The notes under the pieces: model-generated
Seen by the model: the letters and a program-made list of their open reading frames with translations, nothing else
Databases searched by the model: none
What the model was told of the DNA's origin: nothing
Shown here: in pieces, positions 52,961 to 64,000 of the stretch
Layout: each line of letters begins with the position of its first letter
Numbering within the stretch: position 1 is the stretch's first letter
From: Octopus vulgaris
Taxonomy: Eukaryota
DNA length: 64,000 nucleotides
Direction of reading: 5' to 3'
Assembly: GCA_951406725.2 (NCBI GenBank)
Contig: OX597814.1
Coordinates: 122,140,001-122,204,000 of the forward strand
Translations under genes and position numbers: made by a program

Positions 52961-54920
52961 TATGAATGTGTGTATGTGGTGTAAGTGCATGTGTGTGTGT
53001 GTGGTTATGCATATGTACTGTGGGCATGCTAGCTACTAGAAGTACTGAAATGCTTTCCGGCCCAAACTAGGGACGGGTATTTAGGAAGAGATCCTGGAAC
53101 AAAATTGCTCTACAGTCTCTACGCAAGATATCGACATAAAGCTATAGAATCTTATGACCATCATGCAGGGCATATGCAATAATTTTGTTCGAAAGTAAAG
53201 GTCCACCCGACAGAAAAACATGATCCCAGACATAGGAAGATTCTAATGAGACGACGAACAAAGATCTCGAACTGTCTAAGTCTGCCACTAAATTAGCAAA
53301 TAATTCCATCTCAAACAAACTCTGCTTGAGATTGTAATCGAACTCAAACACTCCCATGAAAAAGAGAGGTAAGAGCAGGAAGCCAGAGCTGTATAAAATG
53401 CAAACAACTCCTAAAGGTTTCTCTAGATGTCCAAGTTCTGCTACAGTAATGGGCTGCTGCTCGAAGAAATTGTCTCACTGACTGTAGATCCCTAGAGGAT
53501 AAGTGAAATACTGAGTGCGCATTACACGAATGTTTTCAAACTCCGTTGGGACATTTGCAAATATATCTTTGCCGGATGAGTTCTTCGGCACCATACACTA
53601 AGAGATGGTGACTATTGATTACATCGAAATAAAGGAAGCCAATGTGGTATCAGCTTTAACTCAGCCATAGTCCTTGTTGGATTCTTAGTAAACCTCTTAG
53701 AGAAACGCAAAGTGGTTCTAGCATCACCACTACAGATATTTTCCAAAGCTTCCTTTGCAATTGGGAGACTTCTCAAAAAGTTAAAGGAAGGCATAATGAG
53801 TCCTATCCATAAATGAGGTAACAGGGTGGATGCTAAAGATTATAGACCTACCTGGCTAACCACATATGTCATCAAAGTCATTGAACGTATTTTCTGGAAG
53901 AGGTTGATCACGTTCCTAGAAGATAATGACATACTCCTTAAAACCCAGCATGGCTTCCGTTCAAGAAGATTGCCTTACATAGCTTTTGCAGCATTATGAT
54001 TGGTTGTTAAAACAGTAACGCAACTGTGGATGTCATACATCTCAATTTTCTAAAAGACTTTGATAAGTTTGCTCAAGGGATGAAATGTCACAAGCTACGA
54101 AAACTCGGAATGTTTGGAAAACTAGGAGAAGTAACATGATTTCTTAATAGAGAGAAACCAGGCTGCCGCAGCCAATGACTTAGTAATAGCGAGTGGGGTA
54201 GCTTAGAGATTTTTCGCGGATGCGCTGGTGTTTCGATAGTGGCTCTTTCAGATATATCATCAGTCAATCAGTTACACAGACAACCACACTCACTAGCTGT
54301 GCAGAAGACACAGAAATAGTACAAGCAGTCAAGGATACTCCCAATGTTAATTTTCTACAGAAAGCCCATGATGTCATATATAAATGGGTCGAAGGAAACA
54401 ACATGCAATTAAATGGAGAAAAATTCCAAGCTCTCCTTTATAAGCTAACGGGTGCTAATAGGTTACAACAAAGATACTTTGAACCAAAAGGAGCAGCAAT
54501 TCCAGAATCGTGTACAGTGCGTGGTCAGAGATTTGATTTGAGCAACAACGCCTAGTTTTATGTGCATATCACCAGTTAGTGGACATGTGTTGTCGTATGG
54601 TCGGATGTATTCTGAGAACTTTCAGAATTAGGTATCAGGTAGCTATGCTGGTTCTATGGAGAACAATTGTCCTCAGCCGTCTGGGCTACTGTTTGCAAAG
54701 TTGCCACCCCATAGTAAGTTCAGAGGTATCAGATAAGGAAACTTACATCAACGGAACAGCTGAGCTACTGAAAGAGACTGAAGGGGCTACGACTCTATTC
54801 CCAGGAACGAATGTGATAGGGATATGCAGTAATATACTTATGGACGGTCCTCGAGGGGATGGCACCAAACTATGGGGTATCGAGAACAATATCAGCTCAT
54901 GAACTGGACACTACCGCACT
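52355..54920 (+). mobile_element. Degraded CR1-group LINE (APE + RT)
   Basis: ALIETHL, LLRDFNL (GDFN), NILHLCFTN, PIHK..DYRP, QHGFR, DF.KDFD, CAEDT (FADDT), WVEGNNMQLNGEK; microsatellite inserted at ~52925-53010. Confidence 0.85.
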
Positions 54921-55056
54921 TATATAACAAAATGTGCGAAAGATCAGTTGTACCTGTGTTTATGAGACAAAATTACATCTGAGAATCTATTAAGTAATGA
55001 GGCGTTGTGAGGTCGAAGAATGGTTAACGGTTATTTTAAACATAATGTACACGTAC

Positions 55057-55530
55057 CGATGTTTGCATTGTATGGAGGTTCCTGACTTACTATGAACCAG
55101 GATAGAGTATATACAATATTTTGAGATTTAAGGTTGCGTATATAAATTGTTAGGAGGTTGATAATTAAGAATTTGGATATGAGAAAGAGTTCATGTGTGT
55201 ACAGTAGCATCGCTTGACATCAACTGTGCCGTCGATATATATCCTTGCTTGGTGGGGGCGTGGTGATATAACGCGACACTTGTAGACTACATTTTTCCGT
55301 AGACAGTTGTGAAACCCGACGATTGCTAGTTTGCCTACCTGCTCCGTGGTTGGAGTTTATTGTTGTAATTTATTTCTTTGAAAACCGATGTGAATGAGTC
55401 AGTTATGTCTCTTGGTCGAGACAGAATTCACATATCACCACACCAAGATGAAATCCACATTTCTGTCCACGATGTCAGGGTGGATTTCGCGTGAACCCTC
55501 AACTTTGCGAGCGGATGCTACTGAATATCT
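55057..55530 (-). pseudogene. Relic exon: near-complete Caspr-type FBG domain
   Basis: GSREIHPD..FILVW*..VSTKRHN / VFKEINY / TTEQVGKLAIVGFHNCLRKNVVYKC..KRCYCTHMNSFSYPN / SIQCKH, then a GTACGT donor. Confidence 0.7.
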
Positions 55531-56310
55531 CTCTTATTTTATTTTTGCTTATTTCAGTCTTTGGACTGTGACCAAGCTGGAGCACTGCATTTAAGTCGGC
55601 GCCAGTACTTTTCTGAAAGTCTAGTACCACTTTTGACGTGTACGAACCGCTAAGTTCGCGAGCCAAATGCAAAACCGAAATACATATGTGTGTGTGTGTA
55701 TACGTATACACACACACATATACATACACGCATACACTCACCCTCACACACACACATATACATATGTATAAGTGAGTGCGTGCGTATGTGCATAGTGTGT
55801 CAGTGAATTATGTGTGCATACGTATGTGTATAATGTGTGTGTGTGTGTGTATTGGTGTGCGTCTCTACTCATGTGTGAGCGTGCGCATGTATGTGTGCTT
55901 CTTTGAGACTTATTTTAATAGTTTACAGAATGCAATCTCTACTAAAGTGGCAAGGGTCTTTTCATTAAGTCGAGACGATTTCGCAACTTCTGAATTGTGC
56001 AATGTGCTTAAATAAGTGTATGTTTCATTATTGTTTATGTCTGTGTGTTTGTCTGTGCATAGATTCACAATTAATATTTGACTGTGTAAGCATTTTTAAA
56101 CTGGGAACTCAGAAGGGAACATTCATGAAATGCTTCCCAAATCACCATTGTGTCCCAACTAAGTGTATTTGGAGAAGGTAAATCATCTTGATATTTTCCT
56201 TTTTCTCTTCTCCAAAAGTCTGGAAGTTTGCATATAGATCTAATGCGTCATAAGGCAGTGCAGTAAATATATAACTACAATTGATATATATGTATCTATA
56301 TATCTATATA

Positions 56311-56691
56311 GGCGCAGGAGTGGCTGTGTGGTAAGTAACTTGCTTACCAATCACATGGTTTCAGGTTCATTCCCACTGCGTGGCACCTTGGGCCGACCTA
56401 AGCCTTAAGAGTGTATTTGGTAGACGGAAACTGAAAGAAGCCCGTCGTATATATGTGTATGTATATGTTTGTGTGTCTGTGTTTTTTTTCCTCCAACACC
56501 GCTTGACAACCGATGGTGGTTGTTTACGTCCCCGTAACTTAGCGGTTCTGGTTAAGAGACTGATAGAATAAGTACTAAGCTTACAAAGAATAAGTCAGGG
56601 TCGATTTGCTCGAGTAAAGGCGGTGCTCCAACATGGCCCCAGTCAAATGGCTGAAATGCGTAAAAGGGTAAATAGTAAAGAGTAAAGAGTA
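56311..56691 (+). mobile_element. SINE family A
   Basis: Head and tail present. Confidence 0.9.
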
Positions 56692-57069
56692 TATGTTTGT
56701 ACATATGGATATATTCATGTATGTGCAAGTATATACATATCTGTATATCTCTATGTTTATGCCTGTATATATGTATATGTTTGTGTACGTGTTTGTACGT
56801 TTGTATGAATGTATACATATGAATATATGTGTATATATGTTTTCTTATGTCTGTTGCTGTAAAAAAAGTTTTCATAAAAACTTTATGATGTCTTAATAGT
56901 TACATGTATATTATACTAAATTTTATTCAAATAAACCAACGATAAAATTGATGTTTATATAACTAACATAGTATTACTAAGTATATCTAATTATAATTGT
57001 AATACGATAACTTTATATGTAAATTTAAAAGCCGATTCAACGTTTGAAATATTCTCCAGTTTTGATTTC

Positions 57070-57190
57070 CTATCTGAGTCTGCGGTATATTATTATATGA
57101 CAATTATTAGAATTCCAGCAGATTTGAGAGTCCACCAAACTCTTCTGAACTGGTAATCGATATTCTACACAAGGGAAAGTTACTGTTAAA
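57070..57190 (-). pseudogene. Relic exon fragment: FBG C-terminus
   Basis: EYRLPVQK / EFGGLSN (cf. K..LPV..V.FGD). Confidence 0.4.
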
Positions 57191-57311
57191 TACATATGTG
57201 AGTGTGTTTGTGTGTAGCATGCCTTACCTCCAGTATATATGAAAGCGTATGTATCATACCTTACCTCAACTCTGTGTGTGAATGTGCGTGTGTACACACA
57301 CACACATATAC

Positions 57312-57359
<48 letters not shown>

Positions 57360-57839
57360 TCATAAATAAATAAAACATATGCATATATACATACATATAT
57401 GTACGTACCTACCTCTACATGTTTATATACATGCATATATATGGGTACAGGACACCCAAAAAACGTCGAACACAATGAGAAACGAAAACATAAACACAAA
57501 ACCAAGGAATGGACATTTTTCTTAAACAACGAAAAAATAGAGTACTAGACATACAAAACAAGGAAAATTCCCCTTCTTCAGTCGCCTTTGTTTCATCTAC
57601 TCCACATTTCGAAGGTCAAGGCGATACATGACATAAATGAAACAATCCTTCCCACGAAAATCAAATTAAATAAAATTTGAGATTTTTTGCGGAGGGGAAA
57701 AATGGTAACAAAAACAGGACAGTAACGACAGTACAAAATATAAACAGTAAAAGACAGGACAAACAGGACAAGGAGATGAATGTAGGTATGTATATAAGTA
57801 TGTGAGTATACGCCCTGCTTTTCCTCAGTTCAAAAATTT

Positions 57840-58320
57840 AAGCATTTTCCGTGACCTTTTCTGGTGTGTGCCTATACCATCATTTTTCTGTTGTTATTCC
57901 ATAGTGTTGACATAGCCTCCACTATATATAGGTCCCAACTCTGTCGCATCTGTAAATATATTCCTGTGCTGCCAGAGACAGTGTGGTTGATTGTTTCTTG
58001 TCCATCTCCACATATTCTGCAGTTACATGTTATGTTTCTTTTCATTGTATGTTTTTGGTAATTTCTGGAGGGGAGGCTTAGGCCTGTGCTGCAATTAAAA
58101 ATCATTCAGTCTCTGCTGTGAGTCCTGAGCTTCTCAGCCATTGTTGGCATTTTGTTTTGTCTATTTCCTTTGCTTTTAGTTTAACTAACCCAGTATTTGC
58201 TATGAAGGGACTTTTCTTGCCATCGTTTTACCATGATCCGTTGCTGTTCCAGTTTTAGTGTGAATTTCAGTTGTTTTATAGCGTTTGTTGTTTTTCTTCA
58301 TAGTTGTTGAGTAGCATGAT
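57840..58320 (-). mobile_element. R4-like LINE fragment (Zn-knuckle region)
   Basis: QQWLRSSGL.AET, LPSRNYQK..CRICGDGQETINH; adjacent to (AAT)n. Confidence 0.8.
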
Positions 58321-58354
58321 ATCTTTATTATTATAATTATAATTATTATTATTA

Positions 58355-58836
58355 TTTTCGTTGCATCTTGCAACCTTTTCAATAGTTAAGACTATTGAAA
58401 ATGTTGCAAGAGGCAAGGAAAATAAAAATAAGGAAAAAGTGGAAATTTTACCGGTGACTGTGTTAAATTATAAGACACATAAAGAAAATGACTCTCCCCA
58501 GACACAACAGAATATGCTTCAACACACGAACTCACATAAAGAATCTTGCAAACCAAATCCAAAAACGAAATCCAAAAGCACACGCAGCCCATATTCGTTC
58601 TTCACACGATTATTACTGCTCTTATTTTAATTTGTGTCCATTTTCTGGAAATCTTTCGTCACACATTTATGGTCTCTTCCACTACTTTTCTATCCTCCTG
58701 CTTTTTTTTCTGTTTTATTTACTCCAGAATTCTGAACTAATGGAGAGTGAAGACGTCACAGATATTTGACGAAAGATTTCCAGACAATGGACATAAGATA
58801 AAATAAGAACAATAATAAACGAGTGAAGAATGAATT
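58355..58836. repeat. Two inverted-repeat structures
   Basis: Hairpin 58355-58422 centred on CAATAGT-TAAG-ACTATTG; arms 58591-58668 and 58762-58836. Confidence 0.8.
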
Positions 58837-58925
58837 GTGCGTGTGTATATTTGACAACAAATAAATACCATCTCAACGAAATATAACAGTGTGTGTGTTT
58901 GTGTACGTATACATTGTATAAATAG

Positions 58926-59025
<100 letters not shown>

Positions 59026-59249
59026 GGATGGATGTAGATATACAGATATAGTTTTAACATGAGTGTGTGTGTATATATCTTACCATGTCTCTTGTGCATC
59101 TGTATTTGTGTATGTGTGTATCAAATTCTACCGTTAGTGTGAATGTGAATATGTGTGTGCGTGGGCGCGCGCATACGCCCTTGTTTGGGTGTGTCTGGGA
59201 GTGTACGGCCGTGTTTGTGTTCTCCTGTATTTAATCATTTAAATTCTTC

Positions 59250-60010
59250 TTCTGAAAAAGGAACTGGTTTCTAACAAAGATACGAAGCTCCATATTTGGA
59301 ATGTAGATAATGAAAACAATGCCACATTATAAATCTGAGAAGGGTGTTACATAATATTACTATTCCACTTACAGGAAGAGTAAAATTATGTAATGTGCGA
59401 ATCAGCTGGTTGATTTCTTTCTTTGAAAATCCAAGCTGATCCAGACTGACAGTTAGGCATTTACATACAAATCCAGGTACTCCAATTATTATTGTTCTAA
59501 ATGTAAATTTGTAATCCGGATATAGAAGCTGGAGGTTTCAAAGCAGTTCTCCTTTGTTATATTATTTCTCTTTGATTTTCAAAATATATTCACTTCAGCA
59601 GTTCAGCTGACCTCTATGACGGTACATACTTTTTCTTGTCTGTCCCAAACGACAATATCTTGCCTGTCATGCTCACAGTTGACATATTTTGATGAGAATG
59701 TTCCACCAGTATTACTTGTGCTGCTATTTGTGTACGTGTTCAATAACAGGGGAATTCTCTATATTTATTTCAGGACAGTCTTTCTTCCGAATGGCATTGT
59801 ATATTGTTTTGCGACTATGTCATGTCGCACAGGGAGGTAATGCTGTCATGAAATTTTTAGTTAGCTGCTAATCACATGTGTGATGTCTTCACAGAAATAT
59901 GATATAATTTACATTTACGGTTGCATCTTGTAACAACAAAGGTTTCACTGTCTCTTTTGTTGATAAGGTATTTATTATCAATGACTTGTTCTTGGTTTGC
60001 AAATGAATAG
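59250..60010 (-). mobile_element. 3' portion of a distinct RLE-type LINE
   Basis: FANQEQVIDNKYL..CNRKCKL..EDITHVISS, RHDIVAK, YWWNI, DIVVWD..VIEVS, TIIIGVPG. Confidence 0.8.
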
Positions 60011-60019
60011 ACTTCGAAG

Positions 60020-60790
60020 AGTGATGTGATGTAGTGGTTACCGCACCAAGAGAGACCTTGCTTCTTGTCACTGTTACTATCCTCTTCAAGTATTCGGAAA
60101 ACATATAATCGGTGATAGTAAGTGCTAGGGAGGTTGTGGTGTGATGCTTCCTTTTATAATTAATGTTTGAGACTTGCATGCTTACATAGGAGAATGATCT
60201 CAATCACACCGTTCACAAAATCAGTGCATGTTTGAAATGTGGTTCCTGGGTAGCGTGTGGATGATGAGTGATTGAGGAAGGTTGTATCATTGTTGGATGC
60301 CACAGCAAGTAGGTCCTTGATATAGAGAAGGAAGAGTGGGAAAGACAAAACCGATCTTTAGGCCACAACAATGTTGATCATGAGTATGACAGAGAGCTCT
60401 GACAATACATATGACCTCATAAGAAGCTACCGTTCCAAAACGATAAAATGTCTATGAAACCCATAGGCCAGCGGAACTGATTGAAGATTCGCATGCCAGG
60501 CACGATAGGTTTCACTAGTATCCAGGACAACGATTTGCTTTCATCCAACTTTCTGAAGCGGAAGCCCATTGATGATTGACATAACAGTGGGTCGGGATCT
60601 GCGGCAGATCTCCACTCCTCGTCTCCTCTTTAGTATCCAACAGTCCACCCAGTTGCATACAAACCATTGGTGGTCAATGCAGAAACGGAGGAGCTCAAGG
60701 TGTTAGAAAACGTCTCTGTAATTGGCTGTACCCATTATTTAGCTGTATTAAAGGTGAGTGCAAGAGGATGGTAGTAAAGTGGCACATAAT
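60020..60790 (-). mobile_element. Degraded CR1-group LINE RT fragment
   Basis: YHPLALT, VVLDTSETYRAWH (LD.SKAFD.VWH), PLFLLYIKDLL. Confidence 0.65.
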
Positions 60791-61199
60791 GGTTGCTTTC
60801 AAAAGTCAGTTAGTGAGAGACCAAACAGTTTGTACTTTATAGGAGGAAGTTCAGATGTACATTGTTAGAGTGTAATAGAAGAGATAGCTACAGAGACGGT
60901 ATCCTTGTTAGTTTGAAGCAGCCAAAAGTATTTTCGCACTTAGTGTGTGGGGAAGGGAGTAGGGGACATTAAGGAATTTACATTCACCCGTACACACATA
61001 TACGCGAAAAACTATGTACGTGTTTACACGCATGCATACATCTATATACACATTTATCTATCTTCCTATCCATTTTATGGAACTCTGAGGAAGAGAAGTC
61101 AAATAAAAAATAGTCATTACTAAATTCATAGAAACGATTAACCTTTTTTAAGCTATAGTACAGCAGTGAATTGTTTCAGGTTTCAGTAGTGAATATTAG

Positions 61200-61730
61200 T
61201 AAAAGCGATCAGGTCACGAGTAAGTACTTCTAGCTCTTACAATATAATTCGCCTTGAAGATATTTGTTACCACAGACACTGATGTAACCATTATTTATGC
61301 TTCCGGTGAGAAACAAAAATTCTATCTATTTTAAAGTCGAAATATTTAAAGATTAATAATCGAACTGTCGAGCACTGTGAACTAATGGGTATAAGTCTGA
61401 AACTCAATATATATAATGGTATGAATAGCAGTTATGAAAGCTGAAACTATTTTAGCGATGTAAAATAAAACTAACAGAACTATGAAATATAAAGCTATCA
61501 AGGCTATGAGAGGAAGAAATGCAAATGTGAAACATGAAACTACAGCAATTTTGAAATATGGTCATTTTTTCTCGTAGAATATAATTATTTCTGACAATTT
61601 ATCTCTAACGCAAACTCGTTGAAATATTTGCAAGGAGTCGGTATAATGTGCTCAGAGAGTGACCCTGCAGTACTTCACATTCAGCATCTCTATGAACTTA
61701 ATATTCAGCGGAGAAAGCAAAATGAAATCC
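61200..61730 (-). pseudogene. Possible relic EGF + FBG start
   Basis: RC/ECE, AGSLSEHIIPTPCKYF (cf. G..C...I...SC..Y), VVSCF, ISVCGNKYLQGELYCK. Confidence 0.3.
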
Positions 61731-61807
61731 CTCAGTCCATTCCTCTCTCTCTCTTTATATATATATATACATATATAGGTGTAAGTGTTTTATGTGTGTG
61801 TGCGTGA

Positions 61808-61843
<36 letters not shown>

Positions 61844-61865
61844 AACACTATATATATATATATAA

Positions 61866-61899
<34 letters not shown>

Positions 61900-62253
61900 G
61901 TGTATGTATGTATGTATGTATATATGTATATATATATAAGTATGTATGTATGTGCATATGCATCGAATATAATGTTAATAAATGTGGAAATGAGTACTCA
62001 ATGCATATGTGTTTGCGTGTTAGTGTGTGTATGTGCATGTGTGTGTGTGCGTGTGTGCGTGTGTGTGTGTGTGAGCGTGCATGTGTCTGGGTACATATAT
62101 TGTACTTGACTACACGTTTTTATATGTTATACGAAAGAGCTTATAATTATTTTCAGTATATAAACAGTCCTCACGTGAAATATTTTAAAATAGACGAGAG
62201 CGTTGATATATTAGCTAGTAAACCTCAATTGACGTTTTGGCTAGGGTTTCTCT

Positions 62254-62662
62254 TTCTCTCTTTTCTCTTTTATTTGTTTCAGTCATTTGACTGCGGCCAT
62301 GCTGGAGCACCGCCTTTAGTCGAGCAAATCAGCCCCGGGACTTATTCTTTGTAAGCCCAGTACTTATTCTATCGGTCTCTTTTTGCCGAACCGCTAAGTG
62401 ACGGGGACGTAAACACACCAGCATCGGTTGTCAAGCAATGCTAGGGGGACAAACACAGGCACACAAACACACATACATATATATATATATATACATATAT
62501 ACGACAGGCTTCTTTCAGTTTCCGTCTACCAATTCCACTCACAAGGCATTAGTCGGCCCGGGGCTATAGCAGAAGACACTTGCCCAAGATGCCACGCAGT
62601 GGGACTGAACCCGGAACCATGAGGTTGGTTAGCAAGCTACTTACCACACAGCCAATCCTGCG
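62254..62662 (-). mobile_element. SINE family A
   Basis: Full length. Confidence 0.9.
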
Positions 62663-62753
62663 GTTTAGTGATAAATATATATTAAATCTCAATGTCAGCG
62701 AAAACAAAGGAGAGGGAGCAATGTTTTGTAGGAAAGTATGACAATTGGGTTTA

Positions 62754-63321
62754 TAGGGTTGACCGGAAAGTTCGTGCCGATTTATAGTAGCTTACCTTTC
62801 GACTTAACATGGTTGAGTCCATAAAATAAGATTTGACTACACCTCCATTTAGAGTACAGTTTAAGCTATCTTTTCGTGGAAGAAGGTTTAATGTTCCTAT
62901 AACCTGTGTTAATTCTGTAACCCTTTAAAATGGAAGATAATAAAGTTCATTTTTGGCCTTTGATGCTTTTCTTTTTCCGTAAAGGGTAAAATGCCTCACA
63001 AGCAACCAAAGAAATATGCGCAGTTTACGGTGATGATTCTTTATCCGAAAGAATTGAAAGAAAGTAGTTCGCAAGGTTGCGAGCTGGAGATTGTAGCCTT
63101 ATTGAGAAAGAGCGATCAGGTAGATCATCCACTACAGATGATGATCAAATCAAGTCATTAATTGAGAATACCCCCACATTGCACAACCCGAGAATTGGTA
63201 GAAAGCCTCAACCTATCAAAATCCATTGTTCATGAGCACCTGGTAAAGCTTGGGTAATGGCAAGTATTTATTGACCTTTTTCTTTCCTTTAAAAACGGCA
63301 CGAACTTTCCGGACAACCCAA
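62754..63321 (+). mobile_element. Internally deleted mariner
   Basis: TIRs GGGTTG.CCGGAAAGTTCGTGCCG with TA flanks; N-terminal transposase from 62930: MEDNKVHF..EICAVYG..RSGR..HEHLVKLG. Confidence 0.9.
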
Positions 63322-63412
63322 TAGTTAATCTGATAAAATATGTGTTTCCTTCATACTAGGATTTTATCATCTTGAGAAGTTTTCAGTTATCTGGAGGATG
63401 GTCTCTTTTACT

Positions 63413-63853
63413 ATTTTACTCTTTTACTTGTTTCAGTCATTTGACTGCGGCCATGCTGGAGCACCGCCAATTTTAGTCGAAGAAATTGACCCGAGGACTT
63501 ATTCTTAGTAAGGCTTGTACTTACTATATCTGTATCTTTTGCCGAACCGCTACGTGAGGAGGACGTAAACACACCAGCATCAGTTGTCAAGCAATGTAGT
63601 GGGACAAACACAGAGACACAAACATATACACACGCCCCAGCATGGCCGCGGCCTTCGGGCTAAAACATTTTTAAGGATTTAAGGATATACACATATACGA
63701 CGGACTTCTTTCAGTTTCCGTCTACCAAATTCACTCACAAGGCTTTGGTCGGCCCAAAGCTACAGTAGAAAACACATGCCCAAGGTGCCACGCAGTGAGA
63801 ATGAACCCGAAACCATGTGGTTGGTAATCAAACTACTTACCACACAGCCTCTC
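63413..63853 (-). mobile_element. SINE family A with a short opposite-strand tail insertion (~63635-63686)
   Basis: The insert CCCCAGCATGGCCGCGGCCTTCGGGCTAAAACATTTTTAAGGATTTAAGGA lies in the internal microsatellite. Confidence 0.85.
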
Positions 63854-64000
63854 CATCATCATATGTTGGAAAAACAAGCGGAGTACGTGGAACTGTTTTG
63901 CAAGACGTATGTATGAAATTATTGGCTATTTTTAAGAGGTAGGTTTCACTCTGATGTTAAACTATATGTGAAGATGTGTGGCTTAATGGTTAATGAATTA

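Overview
AT-rich, microsatellite-saturated animal genomic DNA. The SINE families and microsatellite density point to an octopus or other coleoid cephalopod (inference). No intact host gene is visible, and almost all ORFs in the supplied track are microsatellite artefacts. The only long intact reading frame is a 5'-truncated Neptune-type Penelope-like element (RT + GIY-YIG, 39164-40663, minus). The window also holds decayed R4/Dong-like RLE LINEs stacked in (AAT)n, a (GATA)n-targeted Tx1/L1-clade element (one copy with a twin-priming inversion), CR1-group LINE relics, Tc1 and mariner relics, a Helitron-type element, several tRNA-headed SINE families and minimal hammerhead-like motifs. The main observation concerns the apparently unique DNA between the repeats. 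Translated by eye across frameshifts and stops, about 20 segments on both strands match successive motifs of the Caspr/Neurexin-IV-type fibrinogen-like (FBG) domain, interspersed with EGF-like and PAN/apple-like pieces, and several have good splice signals. This looks like a fossil cluster of large genes built from tandem Caspr-type FBG domains. The assignment rests on motifs recalled from memory and needs profile-HMM confirmation.
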